The notes under the pieces were generated by a model. The model ran no database searches and had not been told where the DNA came from. It worked only from the letters and a program-made list of their open reading frames with translations. From positions 31,264 through 95,263 of IMG/VR virus record IMGVR_UViG_3300022752_000037: a stretch of 64,000 nt of DNA, one strand, 5' to 3'. Origin of the DNA: a virus. Below are positions 30,468 through 39,300 of this stretch, one piece after another. Position 1 is the first letter of the stretch; each line of letters opens with the position of its first letter. Made by a program: the position numbers and the translations under genes.

Positions 30468-30797
30468 TTAGACGCTTGGTTTAGGAAATTGTGTTTTAAT
30501 TTGTTCTCTTCGTGCCTGTAATGCTTGAGCAGTTTCTGGACGATTTTCCACAACCATCTCCCATAGTGCCACAATCATATCATCCTTACTGGGATAATTT
30601 CCTGGCACCGCACGTTTTTGTTGAACACGACGTATGGCCACATCATCTTTAATCTGCTCCCATAGAGCAGCCAATTCTTCTGCACTGGGCTGTGGACTAT
30701 CTTCTAACCAAGTTATATCTTCATATCTCGGACCACGTACACCGTATTGTCTACCAGCATAAAATCTATGCATAACTTCGCCGTAATCTATATCCAT
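30468..30797 (-). CDS. XkdW-like/tail fibre chaperone
   Basis: Y..I.W....P.PS.EEL...R...YPS..D...ALW...IK..FPKP. Confidence 0.7.
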   Translation of the reverse strand: MDIDYGEVMHRFYAGRQYGVRGPRYEDITWLEDSPQPSAEELAALWEQIKDDVAIRRVQQKRAVPGNYPSKDDMIVALWEMVVENRPETAQALQARREQIKTQFPKPSV

Positions 30798-30816
30798 GTA
30801 AAATCTCCCTATACCT

Positions 30817-30822
30817 TATTTA
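30817..30822 (-). promoter_or_regulatory. Late promoter TAAATA
   Basis: Upstream of the GGAG SD of 30797. Confidence 0.6.
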
Positions 30823-30835
30823 AGTAATTATAGTT

Positions 30836-31915
30836 TTAACCTCTTATTTGTACATTCGCATGAGTAATGTACATAGCTTCGTCTGTTTGAGCTGTATCAG
30901 CACCGAAATAATGAGTAAACACTGCCGATGCAGCAGTATGATTTATCCAGCCCGTGTCTACAATAAAATAGCCATTTTGCTGGCTATTACCTCCCCATGG
31001 ACTGTAACTATATTGTTGATTAAGCACAAAAGTCACTCTTTCACATAGGTTAACACTAATGCTGCCCGTATTATTATATACTTTAGTGAAAGTAAGATAC
31101 CTCACTCCATCCACGTTGAGATAATTTGTTTCTCCATCGAGGCTATCTACACAGTGCCAATAGAATGTATATCTTATTTGACTGTGTGTAGGAAGGTTAG
31201 GCACAGTTAAAATATAGTTCGTAGTAGGTGTATACCCATGACCTGTTCCTTGACCAAATCCAGCAAAGTTAGTCATAGTATATGTAGTACTTGGAGTCCA
31301 ATAACTTAAAGTAGCAGTAGGATTAAGAACTTCATTTAACACAGTGCTGGTAAAGTCAAATACAGGTTCCGGATCTTGTATACCACCAGGTTTCCAACTT
31401 GCAGGTTGATCAGTATTTTCATATTCTTCTATGATAAGTTGTCCATAGCAGTTTTGAGCTGCTCGACCTGTACCGTTCCAATAGTAAGTTGTATACAATC
31501 TGCATTCATGATTGTCGTTAGCATAGGATCTAATTTGATATCCGATACGTCCTTGACTAGTCCCCCAACTTGGTACGTCATACTTCATAACATTGCCATC
31601 TTCTATGTGAACTCCACTTTGACTGTGTCGGTAATAAAGAATATTATTGACATAAAACTGCCAATGACTGATAACATGAGAGGCATTAGACCAAGCATGT
31701 GGAACACGCCAAATATAGCTAATTCTACTGTCTGTGCGTCTCGGTGTGAAATCTACATAACTACCTGGAGCCCATGTGTAGCTGTTATCGGGGTTCCATT
31801 CTCCAGCTATATAATTAAAAATATACTGTTGTATAACACGTTTAGTTAGTTCTATTGTTGGTAGAATTAGTGTGCCGTCTGGATGGTTGATTGATGTGGT
31901 TCGTAGTGTTCCCAT
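30836..31915 (-). CDS. Tip-family paralog B4 with a C-terminal beta-sandwich (lectin-like) domain
   Basis: GEWNPDN.Y.W.PG.YVDF.P, HVISHW.FY, SGVHIED; C-term LPTHSQIR...DSLDGE...DEA. Confidence 0.7.
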   Translation of the reverse strand: MGTLRTTSINHPDGTLILPTIELTKRVIQQYIFNYIAGEWNPDNSYTWAPGSYVDFTPRRTDSRISYIWRVPHAWSNASHVISHWQFYVNNILYYRHSQSGVHIEDGNVMKYDVPSWGTSQGRIGYQIRSYANDNHECRLYTTYYWNGTGRAAQNCYGQLIIEEYENTDQPASWKPGGIQDPEPVFDFTSTVLNEVLNPTATLSYWTPSTTYTMTNFAGFGQGTGHGYTPTTNYILTVPNLPTHSQIRYTFYWHCVDSLDGETNYLNVDGVRYLTFTKVYNNTGSISVNLCERVTFVLNQQYSYSPWGGNSQQNGYFIVDTGWINHTAASAVFTHYFGADTAQTDEAMYITHANVQIRG

Positions 31916-32418
31916 TATTGCATCCATTCCTCAACCCAGAGTGTACCTATAGCTATTTGTGCTGATCTTCCAGTTCCATTCCAGTAATAAGTTGTGTATA
32001 ACCTAAATTCATTATTATCTTCCGCATAGCTACGTGTCTTAAGACCTATTCTTGCTGAGAACGTTCCCCAACTGGGCACTTCAAAATCATAGGTTGGAGC
32101 TCCTTCATAATGTGTTCTACTTGTTCCATAGCTATAAAATAATACGTTATTGGCATAAAATTCCCAGTGTTGTATAGCGTGACTGGCGGCTACCCATGCC
32201 AATGGTTTTCTTAAACGATATCTAATTCTACTGTCTGCACGCCTCGGTGTGAAATCTACATAGCCCCCTGGAAGCCAGTTATAGTCATTATTAGGATTCC
32301 ATTCGCCTTCTCGCCAATCTTTTCTATATTGTTGAATAATTCGATTTTGTAGTTCACGTCCTAGAACCTTAACTCCATTATCATTTGTACGTATCTGATC
32401 TAAATTTACCGAACCCAT
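31915..32418 (-). CDS. Tip-family paralog B3 (stand-alone domain)
   Basis: GEWNPNNDYNWLPG, HAIQHWEFY, VPSWG, YTTYYWNGTG. Confidence 0.75.
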   Translation of the reverse strand: MGSVNLDQIRTNDNGVKVLGRELQNRIIQQYRKDWREGEWNPNNDYNWLPGGYVDFTPRRADSRIRYRLRKPLAWVAASHAIQHWEFYANNVLFYSYGTSRTHYEGAPTYDFEVPSWGTFSARIGLKTRSYAEDNNEFRLYTTYYWNGTGRSAQIAIGTLWVEEWMQ

Positions 32419-32419
32419 A

Positions 32420-33262
32420 TTATGTTGGCCTTGCTGAAATTATAATTTGTCCTGACATAGCTCCATGAAGTTGACAGATATAGTAATATGTGCCAGCTGT
32501 CACGCCTGTAGTATTCCATGTCACTGTACCTAGTTCTGTACCATTACCAGTAATTGTTCCTTGTGTAACTCCGTTGCCAGTACCAGTTGTAGCGCTAGTC
32601 TTAATCCAAAAAGGATGCCCAGTTGCAGCGATATTGAATTTTAAAATATCTCCAACCGTGGCATAGATAGTTAAATCCTCACCGGTGACCTCGCCTTGTA
32701 ATTGATAGGATGTTGAACCGTTATTAGTAACCCAAAACTCCAATGTGCGTCCACCAAAATATTGTATGATATATTCTTCTAAAAATATCTGTCCGTAGCA
32801 ATTTTGACTACTACCCCCACCATCCCAGTATCGTGTGGTATATGGCCTAACCTCATTATTATCGTTAGCATGTGATCTCATTTGATAGCCTATTCTCGCA
32901 GTTGTGGTTCCCCAAGAACCTACATCGTAGGCAAAAGTACAATTATCTTCGAGATGATTACCACTTACACAATGTCTTGCAATTTCTAAATTATTCGCAT
33001 AAAATATCCAATGACTAATAGCATGGGCCGCATTTAATCCCACATAAGGTATAGTACATGTTACCTTGATACGGCTTCTGGCACTAACAGGAATATAGTC
33101 TAAATACATACCTGGAATCCAATTATAGTTATTATCTGGATTCCATTGTCCTGATGTATAAGTTGATATAACAGTTTTAATTGGACGATACCACAAATCA
33201 GATACAGGTAGATAGGGTTTATCTGGGTCAACCTGAATATTATCAACAATAATTTTACTCAT
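32420..33262 (-). CDS. Tip-family paralog B2 with a cupredoxin domain
   Basis: GQWNPDN, HAISHW.FY, SGNHLED; C-term GHPFWI...YYYICQLHGAMSG. Confidence 0.75.
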   Translation of the reverse strand: MSKIIVDNIQVDPDKPYLPVSDLWYRPIKTVISTYTSGQWNPDNNYNWIPGMYLDYIPVSARSRIKVTCTIPYVGLNAAHAISHWIFYANNLEIARHCVSGNHLEDNCTFAYDVGSWGTTTARIGYQMRSHANDNNEVRPYTTRYWDGGGSSQNCYGQIFLEEYIIQYFGGRTLEFWVTNNGSTSYQLQGEVTGEDLTIYATVGDILKFNIAATGHPFWIKTSATTGTGNGVTQGTITGNGTELGTVTWNTTGVTAGTYYYICQLHGAMSGQIIISARPT

Positions 33263-34146
33263 ACATGTGTCCAATCAATAGTATCAGCAAAATATTTTTC
33301 GTCAAATGCACTTTTTAGTGATTGAGTACCAAATACTAACCTGTAGGTAGTACCTGCTACAAATGTATAAGTAGCATGTGCTAGAGTCAAAGTTCTTCCG
33401 TTTACGGTATATTCTGTTGATGAAACAGGCCAAGAATAAGCAGTTAAATAACTGCCTCCAGATAATCGTTGTAATGTTATAGCGTTTAATGCACCTTTGG
33501 CTATATTTTCGTTAAATTTAAGTTGTAGAGCTTGTGTAGTCACTCCGGTATATGTGCTTGCAGGGGCGTCAAATAGTAAGGTAAGACTTGGTAAACTAGC
33601 ATCACCTGCTATTACAGACGTTCCTATAGTCCATGTGACCACATTATTAGTCATAGGTACATATTCATCAATATAGATCTGTGTATGAGCATTTTGATTG
33701 CTGCCACCGCCGTCCCAATGGGTCGTGCCGTGAACCCGAGGAATATTACTGCCACCATATCTTCTAGCCTGATAACCTATGCGAGCAAGACTGCCTCCCC
33801 AACTGGCCACGTCCCATACATAACAGTGTCTATGTTCGGGACTTTGACCTGCTATATTATGCCTACCTATTTCCACACTGTTGGCATAAAATATACAGTG
33901 CATGATAGCGTGCCCGCTGTTATGTGCAAAGCTAAGATTTATAGTAAATCTAATACGTGAATCTGTCAATAAAGGTGTATAGTCAACATAGGCATTAGGA
34001 ATCCATTGATAACTATCGCTGGGTTCCCAACTTCCACCACTGTACTGAAATCGATAGTCTTTAACTATTCGAACTTGCATTTCTCCTAAGGATACAAGAC
34101 TTTGATCTGCTCCTGGAGAAATATTATTAACCTTTATTCTACTCAT
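33259..34146 (-). CDS. Tip-family paralog B1 with an Ig-like (Big_5-like) domain
   Basis: GSWEPSD.Y.WIP, HAIMH, VASWG; C-term LKFNENI...L...GTTYRL. Confidence 0.7.
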   Translation of the reverse strand: MSRIKVNNISPGADQSLVSLGEMQVRIVKDYRFQYSGGSWEPSDSYQWIPNAYVDYTPLLTDSRIRFTINLSFAHNSGHAIMHCIFYANSVEIGRHNIAGQSPEHRHCYVWDVASWGGSLARIGYQARRYGGSNIPRVHGTTHWDGGGSNQNAHTQIYIDEYVPMTNNVVTWTIGTSVIAGDASLPSLTLLFDAPASTYTGVTTQALQLKFNENIAKGALNAITLQRLSGGSYLTAYSWPVSSTEYTVNGRTLTLAHATYTFVAGTTYRLVFGTQSLKSAFDEKYFADTIDWTHV

Positions 34147-34562
34147 CTAAAGCTCGATTTGTCCCTAAATCCGGCTAGTGGATGTAGACCATCTGGTCTT
34201 GTTGGCCAATCTACAATCACTAAACGACCAGCACCTATCACAGGCGTTTGTGTTTCTGTTATGTCGGCCAAGGCCTGCATGTAGTCTCGCCATTCTTGTG
34301 GTATAGGTTCACCTGTTCTTACACTGCGTAAAGTTACCCAATCTACTGCTTTCATTCTTAAATCACGTTCAGCCCTAAGCTGTTTCATTGGCAATTCTGC
34401 CTTGATTTCTCTAGCCTTAGCAACTACCTCGTCTTTGGTAGGCATTGTACTTGGGTCATCTTGCCATCTAATACCTTCATAGCTATCTCCCTCCATGCTC
34501 CAAACACTGTTTGGTCTAAGTTGACGAAGTGCCAATGCCATTGGTAAATTTTCTTCTTCCAT
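34143..34562 (-). CDS. Tail fibre assembly chaperone
   Basis: AL..LRP...W, LR.ERD.R...DW, WRDY.QAL.DIT, WPT.P. Confidence 0.85.
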   Translation of the reverse strand: MEEENLPMALALRQLRPNSVWSMEGDSYEGIRWQDDPSTMPTKDEVVAKAREIKAELPMKQLRAERDLRMKAVDWVTLRSVRTGEPIPQEWRDYMQALADITETQTPVIGAGRLVIVDWPTRPDGLHPLAGFRDKSSFR

Positions 34563-34580
34563 TACATACCTCGTTTTAGA

Positions 34581-34586
34581 TATTTA
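34581..34586 (-). promoter_or_regulatory. Late promoter TAAATA
   Basis: Overlaps the upstream stop codon; GAGG SD follows. Confidence 0.6.
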
Positions 34587-35201
34587 TCGGGCTACTTCTT
34601 GAGCTATTGAGAAACTCGTTCCCATTTCTTCTGCATCTGTTCCATATATGTAGCTGCTCATTGTGCCGTTTAATACAAAAGTTTGTCCAGAGCTATTACT
34701 GCTTTTTACCGCTACACTATAAGTTACCCATTCTGTAGTTCCTGGATAGTCTACCCAGGGTAAATTAATGTAACTAGGAGTACTACTGTTATTATTATCG
34801 TAACGAGTAACGCCTGCTCCGACCCATTTTCCTGCGTTAAGGTCTTCCATTTGATATTGGGCACCTATAAGATTACTGTCTCTCATAACTGAAAGCACTG
34901 TATCAGCACTTGCCTCATAGTGTATGTTAAATTCTAATATAATAGCACTTCTTGGGCTAGTTGGTTTTATACTTATATCCAAAGGACGAATAATGATTCC
35001 TCCATCATAGATGTCACCTGCTTGATTATCTCCTCTCATACCACCGTCATTGGTGGGAGGGTTCATGTATACACGTTGAAATACTGTGCTATATCTAACC
35101 TGTATGATATGTCCTGGAGCATATAACACACTAGGTGTTCTCATGTATATTTGATTAACACCAGCAGGCCCTTCTAATGTATTGACACGAAGCATACTCA
35201 T
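34584..35201 (-). CDS. Tip-family paralog A3
   Basis: MSMLRVNTL N-term, PGHIIQV, I.P.S..S.I, SSTPS, AQEVA. Confidence 0.7.
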   Translation of the reverse strand: MSMLRVNTLEGPAGVNQIYMRTPSVLYAPGHIIQVRYSTVFQRVYMNPPTNDGGMRGDNQAGDIYDGGIIIRPLDISIKPTSPRSAIILEFNIHYEASADTVLSVMRDSNLIGAQYQMEDLNAGKWVGAGVTRYDNNNSSTPSYINLPWVDYPGTTEWVTYSVAVKSSNSSGQTFVLNGTMSSYIYGTDAEEMGTSFSIAQEVAR

Positions 35202-35776
35202 CTTGCTATTTCCCTTGCCCATCCGAAACTTACACCTACTTCATTACCATCTGCTCCGGCACTGCTGTTAGTTCTATTTAAAGCTAGTGTATAAGCTGCA
35301 CCGCTGGCAGATCTACATGCCAAACTATAGGTAAATTGTGTAGCAGCGGCTCCGGATTCTAAACTTCTTGAAAGATCGTCAAACCAGTTTACTGTATAGG
35401 AACTTGGAGTGGTGCTATAATCATTGTCATATAAGAATGTTAATATGCCACTAAATCGCACATCACCTCTATCTCTATTATAACCTATAAGAGTGCTTCC
35501 TCTGTGTACAACCAACATAGTTTCGTGATGTGCTTCGCCATGAATTGTCCATCTAAGCCAAATTACACTGTCTAATCTTTTAGGAGTTATAACAAGATTC
35601 AAAGGTGTTATAACAGTTCCTATTCCAGAAGTAGGAGCTGAATATGTGTTCCTTACATCACTTCTTACTGTAACTGTTTGTATTACTTTTCCGCTTTGAG
35701 CGAATGTATGATTTGTAGTTAAGCCTATTTCATTAGTTGTTGACAGTCCAGATAGTCCACTTAAAGATAAAGTCAT
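35198..35776 (-). CDS. Tip-family paralog A2
   Basis: GKVIQT, ITPK..DS.I, EAHHE, STTPS, GVS..AREIA. Confidence 0.7.
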   Translation of the reverse strand: MTLSLSGLSGLSTTNEIGLTTNHTFAQSGKVIQTVTVRSDVRNTYSAPTSGIGTVITPLNLVITPKRLDSVIWLRWTIHGEAHHETMLVVHRGSTLIGYNRDRGDVRFSGILTFLYDNDYSTTPSSYTVNWFDDLSRSLESGAAATQFTYSLACRSASGAAYTLALNRTNSSAGADGNEVGVSFGWAREIAR

Positions 35777-36336
35777 ACTGCTATCTCCTCAGCGATAACC
35801 CAGCTAACACCAGCTTCATAGCTATCACTAAAACTGCTCCAGGCTCTATTCATTCTAATATCGTAATTAGCAGATGAAGAACTACGTACACCTAATTGAT
35901 AAGTCCAAGGACCTATAGCAGCAGGTGTGTCAATATAGGCTAATTGTTGGTAACTTGGAGTAGACGATTGATCATGGCTGTGTTCATATTCAGCTGATCC
36001 TATGCCGCTCCATCTTGTTAGACCTGCTTCTAAATTATATCCTATTACTGTGCCGTTTCTCATTGTTTGAAATGTAATATCGTGGTGTGCTTCATAAAAA
36101 ATATACCATCTTAGGTATACTTTACTTGTGGCCTTGCGTAGTTTAATAGTTAAATTTAAGCCGCTAATAGTTCTTGCGGCATCATTGTAGGCATTATATG
36201 TTACATGATTTTCAAATCGTCGCCATACAGTTTGGATTGTCTGCCCAGGAAAGTATACAGTGGTTGTATTTGGAACACTTACAACATAGTTTGATTCCTT
36301 CCTTCCACTAATTTCATCGGCTATAATCTTACTCAT
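35773..36336 (-). CDS. Tip-family paralog A1
   Basis: MSKIIADEI, PGQTIQT, EAHHD, SSTPS, GVS..AEEIA; TAATG coupling to the giant gene. Confidence 0.7.
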   Translation of the reverse strand: MSKIIADEISGRKESNYVVSVPNTTTVYFPGQTIQTVWRRFENHVTYNAYNDAARTISGLNLTIKLRKATSKVYLRWYIFYEAHHDITFQTMRNGTVIGYNLEAGLTRWSGIGSAEYEHSHDQSSTPSYQQLAYIDTPAAIGPWTYQLGVRSSSSANYDIRMNRAWSSFSDSYEAGVSWVIAEEIAV

Positions 36337-39300
36337 TAAACAATGCTCCAATCACCGGTAACGGTAACGGTAAATCCATCATTAATGGTTACTGGTCCAG
36401 CACTCATACCATTAGTTCCTGCTGGAATAACAATATTTTCACCAATTGAGTTACTGTTAGTTCTAATCATCGAGTTAGTTCCTAGGTATGGGAATTCAGT
36501 CTTACCAGCTATAGGTCCACCGTTAAGTGTAACCGTACCAACAAGAGCTGTAGTTCCGCTTAGAGTAACATTTGTAAAAGAAGATCCGGCGGTTCCAGTA
36601 ACTACACCTTGTATATTACCTGTTACATTACCTGTTACATTACCTGTTACATTACCTGTTATTGGTCCATTGAATCCAGTTGCATAGACTGTTCCCGCAA
36701 TACCAGCTCCACCAGCAACTTGTAGTGCTCCAGTAGTTGTACTACTAGATGCTTGTGTAGATGTTACTTTAGTTATGCCTCCAATATTAACAGCACCTCC
36801 AACTCCGACTCCGCCTGTTACAACTAAGGCTCCTGATGCAGTCGAAGTACTAGCAGTGTTATTAGTAAATGAGGTTATACCACTACTTGCTAGAGTTGTA
36901 AATGCTCCTGTGCTAGGTGTAGTATTACCAATTGGTGTATTATTAATTCCGCCACCACCACCACCACCAAGCTGAATGGCACCACCAATGTACAAGTCGC
37001 CGCCTACACTGGCACCACCTGCAACGATAAGTGCTCCCGAGCTTGTGCTAGTAGCCGCTACAGTTGATGTAATTTTAACTCCTGTATCAACCTTAACTTC
37101 TAATAGGTCACCGTCTAATGTATCAATCTCGTTGCCTGTAATTACTACATTACCTGCTGTAATAGCATTAACAGCCAAGTTACCGCCACCCGATCCTAAC
37201 TGTGCTGCGATATAAGTTTTGATAGCTTTTTGTGTTGGAACAATACCATCTGAATTAGCAAAGAATGTTGGATCTGTCGAAAATTCACGAATAACAGCAC
37301 CAGTACCGCCAAGTGTAACACCGCCAAGTGACAATTCGTTCAAGCCTGACAAGTTAAACGCATCAGCATTCAATGTAGCAATACCAGTTGCCTGTTCAAC
37401 ACGGAATAGTTCACCGACTCTGAAGTTACCGTCTTGATCTGTTGATGTATAGAAACAACGTCCTCCACCAAACTCAACGACTTCATTTTCCTGTGCAGGA
37501 TTATTAATTGGAATACCTGGATAATTAGTTTCTGTTTTATTTCCAGTACCTATATTTAGATAATCATGTCCAGTTAAACGAACTTGAGAATACTTACTAC
37601 GTAGTGTTAAACTTACTCCATCTAATGGACTGGTATTTACGCTCAGTTCAGGACTTACCTGTAACCTTGCTGTGTACAAACCTGGAGGAAGTGCTCCTGG
37701 ACCATTAGTAATAATATTGACTAATTCTGTTATACAATCTTCAATTTTATCATCTAATGCATATTTTCCTACATTGGCTATTGTACCTGGAATTCTTGGA
37801 ATAGCTTCTTGGAACTTAATTTCTATTTCTTGATTTAATGCTATTTTTAACAATAATGATTTCATGTAGTTAATAGCAGCAAGAGTTTCATCACCTTGTT
37901 CTTCAATTGCTATTAGAGCACTTTCGCTAGAATAATATCGTAGACCAGCTTCACGAGATCTTGAAAACCCTCCAAAAATATCGTAGCTTATAGCATCTAT
38001 AATATAGCCTACATCTCTAGCACATAGTTCTTGATTGTAAGTAAAATATTCATAAGTAGCATTTACGTAACTTACTGTTTCAGCTGCTACAAAGTTCTTA
38101 TTAAGACTTAATAAATCTTTAAGATCGTATAGTGTTTCTCCAGTTTCAATAATTCTTCTTATTATTCTATAACTGTCTGCTATTTGAGTACCAGCATCAC
38201 CTCCGTTAGTAATACTTGGAAATTTTTCTTGGAATGCTCTATTCTGTGTTCTTGTTACAGTTGTATTTCTAATTATTTTTTGGCATAATTCGTTGGTAAA
38301 ATCTATAGCTGCTGCTGTTTGCGGCAATTGATCTGATATAACTAGAGCAGCAGTACTAGCATAGTAACGTTGGCCTGCCTCCACACTCTTTGCCACATCA
38401 CCGTAGATATCGTCGGCCACAGCTTGTACAATAAGCCCTACGTCTCTAAAACAGGTATCTCGATTATAGCTGAATGTTACAAAAGTATTATCAATATAAT
38501 CTATTAAATCATCTTGTATACTAGACTTATTTGTTCTTAGGTTTGATCTTGCCAACTGGAGACTTGCTGAAAATAAACTGACATCAGCACTGACTACTGG
38601 AGGACTGGCTTCTGGACCGCCAGCTATTACCCCTTGATAAGCTGCCATATTGCTGCTTATTCTACTTGCAGAAGCAGCATCTCCTGGAGGTAGACTGGTG
38701 TTTTGAGTAGCAGTGACACCGCTTAACGGCACTACAATAGAGTTTCTTGAAATGTCATCTAGTAAGTCTGCCAAATAAGATAATAGTGCTTGATAATTTG
38801 ATTTATTAGCTACAGCAGATCCTGGTAATACAAACACTCCTGATGACCAAAAACTTTTTGCCAGTAGTATGGTTTGACTGTTTCCACCATAGGCTAGGTC
38901 GTAGGCCATAGCATATACAATTTCTCTTATTTCTTTTGACCATCTAGTAGAATCAAATGTCATTGAAGGGTAAGCAGCACTAATATATGCTATACCCATT
39001 TGTCTTATGAACAATTCATTAGCTATTAATACACTTTTGGCGTAATCATCTTGTACATCTATGCCACCATTAGGAATACTGATTGCAGGTAATGCTTGAT
39101 ATTCTTCTTGATTTCTAATCCATTCAGTTACAAAGGCTATAAAGTCGGTTACTCTTGATCTAAATGTAGCACTAGCTGTACCAATGGCATTTAAGGCAAG
39201 ACTAGTTAATTGGTCGAATGTGTAGGCTGTTTGAATACGTTGATTAGCAAATGTAGAATATTCACCTCGCTCATATTGATAGACCTGAGCTAAGGATCTA

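Noticed and set aside
27915-36336. Tip paralog array as an invertible shufflon or DGR target set
   Set aside because: All genes are co-oriented and full length, no repeated crossover sites were noticed, and no recombinase or reverse transcriptase is present here
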